A stretch of DNA of 63,863 nt, counting the filler, from Octopus bimaculoides (Eukaryota): the NCBI RefSeq assembly GCF_001194135.2. It is 6 parts of 6 records of this genome, joined end to end, with 100 filler letters (N's around TTAATTAATTAA, not from the genome) between each part and the next. Parts side by side here need not be neighbours in the genome. Positions count along the whole stretch, not along the records: positions 1 to 24,376 come from NC_068983.1; positions 24,477 to 30,939 come from NC_068991.1; 4 more parts are not named here. One strand, given 5' to 3'. Each line of letters begins with the position of its first letter. Position 1 is the first letter of the stretch. The position numbers and the translations under genes are program-made. Under the pieces are notes generated by a model. That model was not told the origin of the DNA, did no database searches, and saw nothing but the letters and a program-made list of their open reading frames with translations. This document shows, piece after piece, positions 13,536 through 25,353 of the stretch.

Positions 13536-13890
13536 GTGTGTGATTTGTAGCAGGAAATTCCTCCGTCATGCAGGCCTGGTCAGCCATCAGAGGAGTCACA
13601 GAAATCAAACCCTTGTAAACTGCGGTACGGCTGTTGTTCACAACAAAACATGTGCAACCAGTGGAAAGGTGTGCCGTTGAGTTGGAGGATTAAAAGACAT
13701 GTCAAAAGAATTCATCCTGTGATACCGGTTCTTTCTGCCAGGCAGCACATTTGTGCATTGTGCAATAAAATGTAACAATCATTGCCAGGTTGGAAAAGTC
13801 ATATAAGGGCCTGGCATTACATTATCAATGACCCATTTAAATTATTCTTTCTAGCAATGGCTTTGCTCGTATACGAGATAGCAGCCATTG
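13531..13890 (+). pseudogene. Triple C2H2-like zinc-finger remnant, probably the 3' end of an RTE-group LINE ORF2
   Basis: One frame: YTCVICSRKFLRHAGLVSHQRSH...TCATSGKVCR*VGGLKRHVKRIH...HICALCNKM*QSLPGWKSHIRAWH; two in-frame stops; ends at a (TG)n tract. Confidence 0.55.
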
Positions 13891-14044
13891 TGTGTGTGTG
13901 TATGTGTGTGTAAGTATGTATGTGTGTACTATACATGTACGTATGTATGTGAAAGCACTTGTGTGTGCTTATAGAAAAGATTTAAACCTTAGTGAGTAAT
14001 AGGTGGAAAATGAAATTGAAGCAATTTAATGTAGACTAATGAGA

Positions 14045-15990
14045 TTTTGCTACTAGAATAAAAGTATTTATACTAAATCGAGAATGGAGATTCCCAGTTT
14101 GCACTCAGAATTGTTCCAGTACGTCAGAATTTGCACTTATGCGCATGCGCAAGATTATAACTATACTTATTGCTAGTTATAGACAGTATTATAAAATGTT
14201 CCAAATGAAAGCTGTCTTAATTCAAAATTAAAGAAATGACAGCAATAAAACAAACGATGAGAATGTTCATTATTTAGTTTAGCAATAGATGACGCTGGTG
14301 TATTGTGTGCAAGCACCAAATACCTCAGTTTGGTCGTTTGCGCTGCTGTCGCGTTTGGTATGTGGATCTCTCGCTCTGCATGATTACTGTTTTAACTGTG
14401 TTCATTGTGTTAGGTCATGAATATGTGAGGCTGAGTGAATCATCCAGACAACTTTTGTTATGTCTGTGGAAAATTTGCTTCTCGTGACCAGAGGAAGAAC
14501 ATTGCCACCAAATTAAAAACTGCCTATAAATATTATTTCGGGTGTAAAGTTGAGGACCAAGACAAGTGGTGGGCATCTCATAACACAGTGACTGAATGGA
14601 AAACGGAAGGGAATGCCTTTTGCTGTACCAATAGTATGGCGTGAGCCAACCAATCATGTCTCTGATTGTTACTTTTGCATGATTGATACTAGTGGTTTCT
14701 TAAAGAAAACCAAAGCAAAAATTCTGTACGCAGATTGTAAGTCGACTCTAAAACCGGTCCCATATGTCTTCGAGAAACCTGTCCCAGTTCCTCTTTCACA
14801 TAATTCACTTCAAAACCTTGACATGTCGCACGATGAACCTTCTCATTTTCCTATCGATGATGTGTACTTTCTTGATTCTAATGAAAATGAGCCACGCTTG
14901 TTTAATTAATCAGAGCATAAGTGGAATTATTTGTGGTGATTTAAAGGTAATTTCCCTCTTCCTAGGACTGGAACTGGGATATACCAAAAATATGTGCTTC
15001 TTTTGTGTTTGGAACAGCCGCGACGACGGTAAACATTACACTGTAAAAGACTGGCCTAAAAGAGATGAGCACATAGTTTGTCAGTACAATGTGCAGCATA
15101 TTCCAATGGTTGGCCCGCAAAAGATCTTCCTTCCACCTATTCACATCGAACTCGGCCTCATGAAAATCTTCGTAAAAGCAATGACACACGGTGGCTGTGG
15201 CTTCCAGGGCTTAAAAGTAGAATTTGGTGCAGAGAAAAGTGACGCTAAACTGAAAGCAGGCATTTTCATTTGACCCGAGATCAGAGAATTGATATCTGAT
15301 GGCAAATTCAATGGCAAACTGAATCTAGTTGCGCTGACAGCATGGGAGTCATTCGTGTTAATTGTACAGAACTTTCTTGGGAATGATAGAGCTGAAAACT
15401 ATGCTGATTCAATAAATAACAAGTTAACACCGTATGAAGGAATTGGATGCCAAATGTCCCTTAAAATGCACTTCTTTCATTCACATCTCGATTTTTTTCC
15501 AACGAATATTCGTGCCGTTAGTGATGAGCATGATGAGAAGTTCCACCAGGATATATCTGAGATAGAAACGAGGTATCAAGGCCGGGTCAATCCACACATT
15601 CTTCACTACTGCGGATCATTGTACGAGAGACTAGCACGACGCATAAGCGCAAGAGAAAGTGTCTCAAACATTTCTGAGCTGAGCATATCAAAAATAAAGT
15701 TTGTATTCCATTAACATAAATATACTATGTACCATTATGTTATAATACTATTTGCTTTGAACATAAATATATCATATACAGTAATAATATACTGTTATAA
15801 TAATTATTTACCTTGAACTTAACTACTCCTGATACTAATATAGTATTAATATATAATTATTCGCATAACTCAAAATCCTGACGTGCTACAGCAATTCTGA
15901 GTTCTGAATCGGAATCAGCGTACTCGATCTGGTTTAGTAAATCACTATTTGTCTGGGTAGCAGACATTACATTTTTTTCGTTGTCCAGTG
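14045..15990 (+). mobile_element. Chapaev3-like (CMC superfamily) DNA transposon, internally deleted
   Basis: 3' terminus ...ttgtccagtg; subterminal inverted repeat 14103-14143 vs 15862-15902 (33/41 match); encloses the transposase pseudogene; left terminus not located. Confidence 0.7.
14435..15714 (+). pseudogene. Chapaev3-like transposase pseudogene
   Basis: NHPDNFCYVCG, YFGCKVEDQDKWWASH, VWREPTNHVSDCYFC, CGDLKV, GYTKNMCFFCVWNSRD, LPPIHIELGLMK, MSLKMHFFHSHLDFFP, VSDEHDEKFHQDI, RYQG motifs; several frameshifts and stops. Confidence 0.85.
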
Positions 15991-16181
15991 TTTCAAACAT
16001 GACACAAAAATAGTATGCTTAAAAATAAAATTTAAGGGAAAAGATAGTTGGATAAAAATAAGGAAGGACTTAGGGACCAGGTTGGAATATGGTTCTATGG
16101 GGGAGTGACAAAAGGTGGAGGTGGTTGGGTGTGAGTGCATGCATAGGAGGTTATTCGTGTATAGAAACTGGCGTTGGGGAA

Positions 16182-16245
<64 letters not shown>

Positions 16246-16255
16246 NNNNNNNNNN

Positions 16256-16290
<35 letters not shown>

Positions 16291-17837
16291 TGTGTTTGTA
16301 TGTGTGTGTATGTGTATGTGTCTGTGTCAGTGTTTGTGTCTGTGTGGTGGTATGGAGTTCATCTGGGTTTTTTTTTTTAGCTTGTGTACAGCCGGGTGGA
16401 GGCATGCAATTGTTCGGAGATCTTCACGAAAGAGTTCATGTGTGCTGTCTATGTTTTCTGGTGTTTTGTTATTAATGAGTCATATGATATCGATGTGCCT
16501 TCAAAGAGGCATGTTCCTCGTATACACGCGCTTAATCTTCTTTGATCCAAAAGATCATCACATGACTGGCAAGTCCGAAAGCAGATTCGCCGAACTTCAG
16601 GCAAAATTGCAGCCATATTGATCAAATTTGTTAGTCATTGTACTAAAATGAATGATCCCTTCTAGCACATGATAGAGACCAATTTGATATTCAGTTAGAA
16701 TACAACATTCCTGAATGCGAGTAAAGCAGATAGTACGGAATCTATTTACAGAATAAATTTAAAGGTCGGCTGTAGATAAATCAGAGTTTGCTGCCCGCGC
16801 ATTTTATTTGAACCATAAAATGAGAGCACGTACGTCTAGAAAATTTCTGATAAGCCGTATAAGTTTTGTATACGTATATATTAATATACTATTATTTCAT
16901 CAATATTATTACTATCATGGTTTTAATGTATTTTGTTACATTTACAATATATGCTTGTATCTATTGCATCATGTGACATTGGCGTTGGTCTACTTTACTA
17001 AGTTGAACTTCAATACAAACATGAATGATATTCGCTTAAATTAAGTATTTTCCCTAAAACCTAAAGAAAAATATCTTAGAAATACAATAGAGTACGAGTT
17101 ATCAATTTCTTACATGATATATCATGTGCAACTGACTGAATCATCCAAATAAGACGCTTATCTGCGATATTTCATTGAGAGTGAATCTGCACGATCGTAT
17201 TGGTTGTTTTATGACTCGTTAACATTCTAACATATGCTTCTCGTAACTCATTCATGGAGATGAAAAGTACTTCTGCGTGTAGCCATAGTCATGTATACAC
17301 ACATACACAAGCGCGCACTCACGTATATACACACATACATACATTCACACAACACACGCACATACACACATATATACATATACGCGCGTGTGTCTGTCAG
17401 TGTACGTGTCCTTGTATATATATATGTATCGCAAGATTGTGGTTTCGATGCTTAGACTGATTCCTGCGTTGCGATTTTGAGCAAAACATTTGATCACAAG
17501 TTTATTTGTGATCACTTCGACACCTGACTGCACCTGTTCACGCAACATCGGTTTGATGGAGAAAGTTATCTGGTGTACAGCACATGCATTTAATCACAAT
17601 AAACAAAGTGTCTGTGCAGGTCGTTAGGCAAAAACTGAAAACTCATAAGTCACGTTCGATATGAGATCATATATATATATANNNNNNNNNNNNNNNNNNN
17701 NNNNNNNNNNNNNNNNNNNNNNNNNNNNNNNNNNNNNNNNNNNNNNNNNNNNNNNNNNNNNNNNNNNNNNNNNNNNNNNNNNNNNNNNNNNNNNNNNNNN
17801 NNNNNNNNNNNNNNNNNNNNACATACACACACACACC

Positions 17838-17910
<73 letters not shown>

Positions 17911-18011
17911 TATTATTGTTATTTTTACTTTTATTGTCATCATCATCATCTTTATTATTATATTCTTGAACGCCACGCATCCAATTCCAAGTATATATAT
18001 ATATATTTATA

Positions 18012-19201
18012 CAGGGTGCGTAAGATATTTGAGGCTAGATTTATGTTTATAAAAAGAAAAGGATATCTAATAACAGATAATAACTTTATTTATAAAAAAA
18101 AACACTATGAGGATATAAATAAACCATCTTTTCTATGTTATTCCATAAAGACACCTTCAGCGTCAACAACTACTTCTATATGAGATCTAAATTATCTGTA
18201 TGCTCGAATCAAGTGGTCCTGGTTCATTTTGGACATTATTCTGACTATGACAGCTTTGATGCAATCTTTGGTATTATGGGCATGTTTACTGATTCTCTCG
18301 CAACTATGCTCCACATGTAATACTCCAATGCATTGATATCTGGGGAATTATTAGGCCAAATGTTAGGGGTTATGTGATCATGAAAATTTTCAACCATCCA
18401 TTCTTGTTGCTAGAGACATGTGTGACAGTGCAGAGTCTTACTGAAGCATACATGGCCTTCTATTGCATAGACTGTCTATCCAAGGTTTAACAATTATTTC
18501 CAGGATCTCAATGTAGTCGACAGAGCTAACTCTAGGGGCTTGTGGAAAAAAATAAGGAACCATCACATGTCCTTCATTACTGACAACCCCCAAAAGCATG
18601 GCAGTTGCAGGGAATTTAGTAGGCATCACACTTGGAACTTCAGAAGAGTCTGCACACAACCATCTGTCATTTCTTCCATTAACTCTCTCGTTTGAGAAAA
18701 ACCAAATCAAACCTTCTGCTGGATCTTTCAGTTTGTTTAAGATCTATCTAACATAGTGATATTCCTTTGCTTTTTCTGAGAAATTAACCTTCCCTCATCA
18801 TATAAGACTTATATCTGATGTCTTCGTGGACAACATTTCTAACTGTTTCTTCTGACATGTGGAAATCTTTTGCAATCGACCTCATGGACTTTCTGGGATT
18901 CTAATCAACAGCATGTTGAACTTGATGGATAAATTCAGGTTTCGTGATGATTTCAGAAAGTTTAGAATGATTTTTATGCTTTAATATTGGTGATACATTT
19001 CCATCTTCAGTCTCTAGCTCCTTACAAACGTTGTAGACGAAAGATCTAGCGACTTGAGATATTTTTAAATCACTATACTAACTCTTTATAACAAAAAGAA
19101 TAGCATGCCTCTTAATGTCTCGAGTAAAGATTATACAGAGTTAGCAAAAAATGCACCAATGACCCAAAAAACGTATGTCCTCAGATATCTTACGCACCCT
19201 G
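18012..19201 (-). mobile_element. Full-length Tc1/mariner element of DD37D (maT-like) type, decayed
   Basis: 23-bp TIRs cagggtgcgtaagatatttgagg (18012) and cctcagatatcttacgcaccctg (to 19201), 1 mismatch; TA on the left. Confidence 0.9.
18145..19110 (-). pseudogene. maT-like transposase pseudogene
   Basis: RHAILF...VARSFVYNV; TKFPATAMLLGVVSNEGHVM..FFPQ; Q*DSA; WPNNSPDINALEYYMW; 37 residues between the second D and the third acidic residue (E in this copy). Confidence 0.85.
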
Positions 19202-19246
19202 AATATTCTTTGTAAGTCTAGTACTTATACTATTGATCACTTTGTA

Positions 19247-19333
19247 GAACCATTAAGTTACGGAGATAGCCACAGCAGTATCGGTTGTCAAGCTATGGGT
19301 GGGGGACACAAAGACAGACATACATACGCATAA

Positions 19334-19417
<84 letters not shown>

Positions 19418-19456
19418 GCGTGTATATACGACAGGATTCTTTCAGTCTCCGTCAAC
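19247..19456 (-). mobile_element. SINE family B with internal microsatellite
   Basis: cggttgtcaagc body, then (TA)(TG)n, then tacgacaggattctttcagtctccgtc head segment running into a gap. Confidence 0.7.
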
Positions 19457-19756
19457 NNNNNNNNNNNNNNNNNNNNNNNNNNNNNNNNNNNNNNNNNNNN
19501 NNNNNNNNNNNNNNNNNNNNNNNNNNNNNNNNNNNNNNNNNNNNNNNNNNNNNNNNNNNNNNNNNNNNNNNNNNNNNNNNNNNNNNNNNNNNNNNNNNNN
19601 NNNNNNNNNNNNNNNNNNNNNNNNNNNNNNNNNNNNNNNNNNNNNNNNNNNNNNNNNNNNNNNNNNNNNNNNNNNNNNNNNNNNNNNNNNNNNNNNNNNN
19701 NNNNNNNNNNNNNNNNNNNNNNNNNNNNNNNNNNNNNNNNNNNNNNNNNNNNNNNN

Positions 19757-19792
<36 letters not shown>

Positions 19793-19904
19793 AGTGTGTG
19801 GTGGGTAAATCGTTGCCATTTTATATCTTTAATTTCGCTTATGAGCATTGTTTGTTTTTTTTTTATTTCTCGACTACACAGTATAGGGTGGGCAACGTCT
19901 GTGA

Positions 19905-20566
19905 GAAAAACTACATCATGATGCAATTTAGAAACGGCATAATATACTTCTTGGCATTCGCGCTGGAAGCTCTAATACTTACATTTGAGAGTATTTTGAT
20001 GTCCATCTGAGGCCAGTGCAATCCGAAGACGTGTGCCGAGAGTGATAAATGTCAAATATCCGGTGTATGGAGTGATCATCTCCTCACACTGAGCCCTACA
20101 TCAAGTGCCTGGAGGACGTAGTGATGCCCTGGATCAAGTGGGTAGCAACAGGACTCTCCACCATTCCACACACGCAAGAGAGCCCAGTCATGGCAATCAG
20201 ACAATTTCTGCGACCGCATCAACTCTAAAACCTGATCACAAACTCCCAAGATTGCAGATTATGTGTGGGGCGCAGTTGAGCTAGAGACCAACAAAACTCC
20301 TTGTAACGCCATAGAAGAAATTAAGGCAAGGATTATGGCAGAATTCACCATCCTAAACACTTAGACCATCCAGAATTGTTATTGGGGACTCCGAAGTCGT
20401 CTGGGGACCGCGGTTGAAGCCAAAGGCGATTTTATTAAATAAATTTACTCTTTAGTATTTTAAGATATTTTTATGCAATTTTGGGAACTATATCTGTTAA
20501 CATGAGATGTCAGTGTTATTTTCAGTTTTACTTAATTTAGACGACATTTTATTCACCGCAACCTGT
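19905..20566 (+). mobile_element. Second maT/DD37D-like transposon fragment (3' half, one TIR)
   Basis: YIKCLEDVVMPWIK, QQDS-like and DYVWGAVELETNKTPCN motifs, then VEAKGDFIK*; ends acgacattttattcaccgcaacctg+TA. Confidence 0.7.
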
Positions 20567-21298
20567 ATATATATATATAAAATTAAGATGCGCAATATTT
20601 AGTTTGCTCTGAGATATTAAATCGTTGAGATTGAACCACAAATCCAAATGCGTTGAATCTATGGTTTTTTTATGTATTGAATCATACAAACTGGAAGAAT
20701 GGAATCAAGTGTACAAGGACAACTAAATCATGGAATATTTATGTCAAGTTATTTCATAAAATGTTTAGTCGTTTCGGCTACTCGTTTCATTATCATTTGC
20801 TGTTTATTTTAAAATAGTTTTCCTAATTAGCATTAATATAAATATATACCAAATATTCTCACGAAGAATGCTTCCAATATATAACTGCCATGAACTTGTA
20901 AGTGCACGAAGCGATTACCTTGCATATCACAGACAAAAGGTAAGAAATGTAGACAATATTACATTGAAAATGCTCAACAAACGACGGGTGATTGCGTAAT
21001 TGCAATCAACTATAGAACATTTAAGCGAAAATTTTATCCATTATTACAGTTATAATGCATGTAAAAGAGACATTTCATTATTAAAAATGAACAACAACAA
21101 ACACTCAACAGATAATCGGTGTTAATATCAGCAGGAATGGAACTAATGGACACAAGAGATATCAAACATTAAACAAAGTTTTAGAATATTTTCCTTCAAG
21201 GCACATCACTGAATACCTAATTCATCTCATTTAATATTCAAACCTGCGCGCACACATAGACATAGACATACACAAACACACACACACACACAAACACA

Positions 21299-21353
<55 letters not shown>

Positions 21354-23590
21354 GCATACCGGTGCCTGTGCGCACACACACACAGACGCGCATACTCACA
21401 TATAGGTACATCTGATAGAAAGATAGGAATTTAGCAAAGGCATTATATGTTGTGAACACGAGAAATACAATAATTGAAAATAAAATGACATCATGAATAA
21501 TGGAAGGAAAGACTGAGTGCGGGCAATACAATAACCAGGTGATGCTGAATTTAGCAAATGTTTGAATATAGATTACCATAACATGGCATTCATGAAAAGT
21601 ATAAGGTTGAAATGAAAATGAAATATTGACGAAGATAATATGAGAACATACCTGTAAGGATGTTATTTGCTCCACATCGATATATATGTAATACTAGTTA
21701 TTTTGATAAATCTCTGACATTAAATTTTTAACCAGGCTCAATCACATAGAGTCGAGAGTAAAATTAGAAGAATTATGAAACTCAGCAATTGAACAACTGT
21801 TAAGGATTTTTTTAAGCATCAATATATGAAACTAGTTTTAACTATTTTAAACTGCTTCTCAATTCTAATGGGAACCATTGCCTATATTCCTATACTGAAC
21901 ATGTTAAAAAGAAAATTAAGTAATATCGCAACACCATAATTTTCATAATATGTCTTCCACTGCGAACCGCTAGAGTTTTACCCAAAAGAAATAGTAAATG
22001 CGACCACGTAGCTGAAGCAAAACACAACCATGATGAACAGCGTTACAAGTGTGCAATTAAGTGACCTATATTGCGGTAAACTCTGGATCTATTTATAAAT
22101 CGACACGAAAAAGAGCGACACCCAAAATACAGGACAAAGCTATTACTTCTAAGTAAAAATTGGCTAATAAGTAACATAAAACATGTAGTAAAATCTTCAT
22201 ATATGCTTCCAAAAGAAACTCACTAGCAAGTGACAACTCTTTTAGTTTATCGGCATATCTTTAAGAATGGGATAAGGAGGGTTAAGCAAATGAGCGTTGC
22301 GGACATTTCCGAGTAATTCTAGCTATGGGGGCAGAAAAATACATCATTATTTATTAGCAGTGTTTTTTCTTCAGTATTTAGCAGCTCAATATGTTCTGCG
22401 AGGAAATATTTATATTTTAGCGTTAAAAAGGATACGCCAAAATTTGAAGCGATATATAAGCTACATAATGGATTATAACTATATGACTCTTAGTTGCTAT
22501 TTGTGCTGCATGCAATAGTATCTCTGATAGCGCAGCACATTTTTGCTGACATATTATTCTGTGTGAAGTTTAGTTCGTTCGTAAAGCTTCGTCAGAATAT
22601 ACATTCGAGATAAATTTACTTAAGTTGCACATTGAGTTCTCTGTGCATGTACAGTGGAGCATGAGCGAACGTTTATGATATATGTAATGCGATTGATTAG
22701 GCGCAGGAACACATGTACATGTGTGCGCACGTGCGAGTATATATATATATATATATATATATNNNNNNNNNNNNNNNNNNNNNNNNNNNNNNNNNNNNNN
22801 NNNNNNNNNNNNNNNNNNNNNNNNNNNNNNNNNNNNNNNNNNNNNNNNNNNNNNNNNNNNNNNNNNNNNNNNNNNNNNNNNNNNNNNNNNNNNNNNNNNN
22901 NNNNNNNNNNNNNNNNNNNNNNNNNNNNNNNNNNNNNNNNNNNNNNNNNNNNNNNNNNNNNNNNNNNNNNNNNNNNNNNNNNNNNNNNNNNNNNNNNNNN
23001 NNNNNNNNNNNNNNNNNNNNNNNNNNNNNNNNNNNNNNNNNNNNNNNNNNNNNNNNNNNNNNNNNNNNNNNNNNNNNNNNNNNNNNNNNNNNNNNNNNNN
23101 NNNNNNNNNNNNNNNNNNNNNNNNNNNNNNNNNNNNNNNNNNNNNNNNNNNNNNNNNNNNNNNNNNNNNNNNNNNNNNNNNNNNNNNNNNNNNNNNNNNN
23201 NNNNNNNNNNNNNNNNNNNNNNNNNNNNNNNNNNNNNNNNNNNNNNNNNNNNNNNNNNNNNNNNNNNNNNNNNNNNNNNNNNNNNNNNNNNNNNNNNNNN
23301 NNNNNNNNNNNNNNNNNNNNNNNNNNNNNNNNNNNNNNNNNNNNNNNNNNNNNNNNNNNNNNNNNNNNNNNNNNNNNNNNNNNNNNNNNNNNNNNNNNNN
23401 NNNNNNNNNNNNNNNNNNNNNNNNNNNNNNNNNNNNNNNNNNNNNNNNNNNNNNNNNNNNNNNNNNNNNNNNNNNNNNNNNNNNNNNNNNNNNNNNNNNN
23501 NNNNNNNNNNNNNNNNNNNNNNNNNNNNNNNNNNNNNNNNNNNNNNNNNNNNNNNNNNNNNNNNNNNNNNNNNNNNNNNNNNNNNNNNNN

Positions 23591-23634
<44 letters not shown>

Positions 23635-24420
23635 CATGAATATCTATATGTGTGTGTGTGTATAGACATAAGTGTAAATATGTTTATATACGTGTGTATT
23701 TCTGCATTTGTATATACATATATGCACATATACATAAATATGTCCATGTCACTTACAGACGTACATGTGTACAAATATATTCCCGAACTCTTGTTATACG
23801 CGATACCTTATAAGTGAAGATAATGACATGTATCCAGTGTCAGAATGCAAAGAGCAGCCAGACAAATACAAAAATACAGGCAAATGAAATGCAATATACA
23901 TAATCAGGTTCTTGTATCAGGAGATGTCGCCAAGAATACCAGCTGCAGAATCGATGAACAACTCAGATACGTACACGCCTGCATACGCAACATGCGTATA
24001 TATAGTATGTAATTGTGTGAGTGCGAGTATGTATGAAAGCATAGTTTTAAGATTGAAAACTATATTGCATAAATGAAAAAAAAAAAAGCAAATAAAGAAT
24101 AAAATACGATTTATTGTGTTCGTCTACAACCAAGCAGTTTTTTTCTTACTGTATACAAAGATGTTCGTTATACAATTTAAATACATAGCTCTTCCCAGAC
24201 ATAGAAAGCGCTGCATCGACAGGCATAGGCGCAGATTTGTAGACACACTCAAACACACGCGCAAACGTGCGCGCACGCATACACACGCAAGCAAGCATTT
24301 ACCCACGCACACACTCGCACACACACATACACACACGCACACACACATACATATATGTATGTATGTATATATATATNNNNNNNNNNNNNNNNNNNNNNNN
24401 NNNNNNNNNNNNNNNNNNNN

Positions 24421-24432
24421 TTAATTAATTAA
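24421..24432. other. Assembly linker TTAATTAATTAA (also at 30984-30995, 47243-47254, 60822-60833, 62348-62359)
   Basis: Palindromic six-frame-stop 12-mer centred in 44N+12+44N = 100-bp gaps, five times. Confidence 0.95.
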
Positions 24433-24476
24433 NNNNNNNNNNNNNNNNNNNNNNNNNNNNNNNNNNNNNNNNNNNN

Positions 24477-24695
24477 TCCTACGTAAAATACTGTCTATGT
24501 GATCTCAAATTTTAAAGCAAACACATAATTTTCTTATGGTTTCTTAAACATTCACTTGAACAAAACTGTACAAATCCAAATATATGGTACCCTAAGCATA
24601 ACACCTACATGAACTTCTAACTTGTTGTCTCTTGAGGTCTCTCGGTGAGACTTGGATCCAACTTGTACAAATGCAAAACAAAAGTCAAACATAAA
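24477..24695 (+). mobile_element. R4/Dong-type non-LTR retrotransposon 3' end (family Dong-A)
   Basis: LRKILSM* then 3'UTR ending in (AAT)n; about 98% identical (4 differences) to the reverse complement of 60535-60755. Confidence 0.8.
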
Positions 24696-24720
24696 ATAAT
24701 AATAATGATAATAATAATCA

Positions 24721-24788
<68 letters not shown>

Positions 24789-24790
24789 AT

Positions 24791-25213
24791 ACTAAAGCTG
24801 TAAAGTTTGTTTATTGATCGGCATGAGTATTTCTTGTAACTATCATATCTCGGCAAAATAATTTGATCAGCTCAGAAAATATAAAGATTTGCTCATAAAA
24901 ATTGAAAGAAGTGTGGCATCTCAATCGGTTACAATACCAGTGATTGTAGGAGGACCGTGACCGATCAAGAAAGGAACTGAAAATTAGTTGAGAATGATCC
25001 GTGGCTTACCATCCATGCAAGAAGTGCAAAAGATTGTTTTAACTGGTACGTCACACGCATTGATAAGAGCAAAGTCGTTGTGACAGCGATTACCACCCAG
25101 GTTCTTTGGTGTTTTTTTTTCACATAACTTCATTTCGTTTTGAAAACGAACAATCTGGCCTATCAATGTAAACAGTGAGTTTCTTTGCCCTACGTGTCGG
25201 GAAGACACTCGGC
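24791..25213 (+). mobile_element. R4/Dong-type element, RLE endonuclease C-terminus plus 3'UTR (Dong-B)
   Basis: Decayed MSISCN..S.K.FDQLRKYKDLLIKIE..WHL..VTIPVIVG..., GLPSMQEVQKIVLTGTSHAL; followed by (GAA)n. Confidence 0.8.
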
Positions 25214-25321
25214 AAGAAGAAGAAGAAGAAGAAGAAGAAGAAGAAGAAGAAGAAGAAGAAGAAGAAGAAGAAGAAGAAGAAGAAGAAGAAGAAGAAGAAG
25301 AAGAAGAAGAAGAAGAAGAAG

Positions 25322-25351
<30 letters not shown>
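25214..25351. repeat. (GAA)n trinucleotide array
   Basis: About 45 uninterrupted GAA units. Confidence 0.98.

Positions 25352-25353
<2 letters not shown>

Noticed and set aside
21975-22070. Minus-strand exon encoding a hydrophobic helix (LVTLFIMVVFCFSYVVAFTISF)
   Set aside because: Weak acceptor, no partner exons, and T-rich DNA readily yields hydrophobic frames
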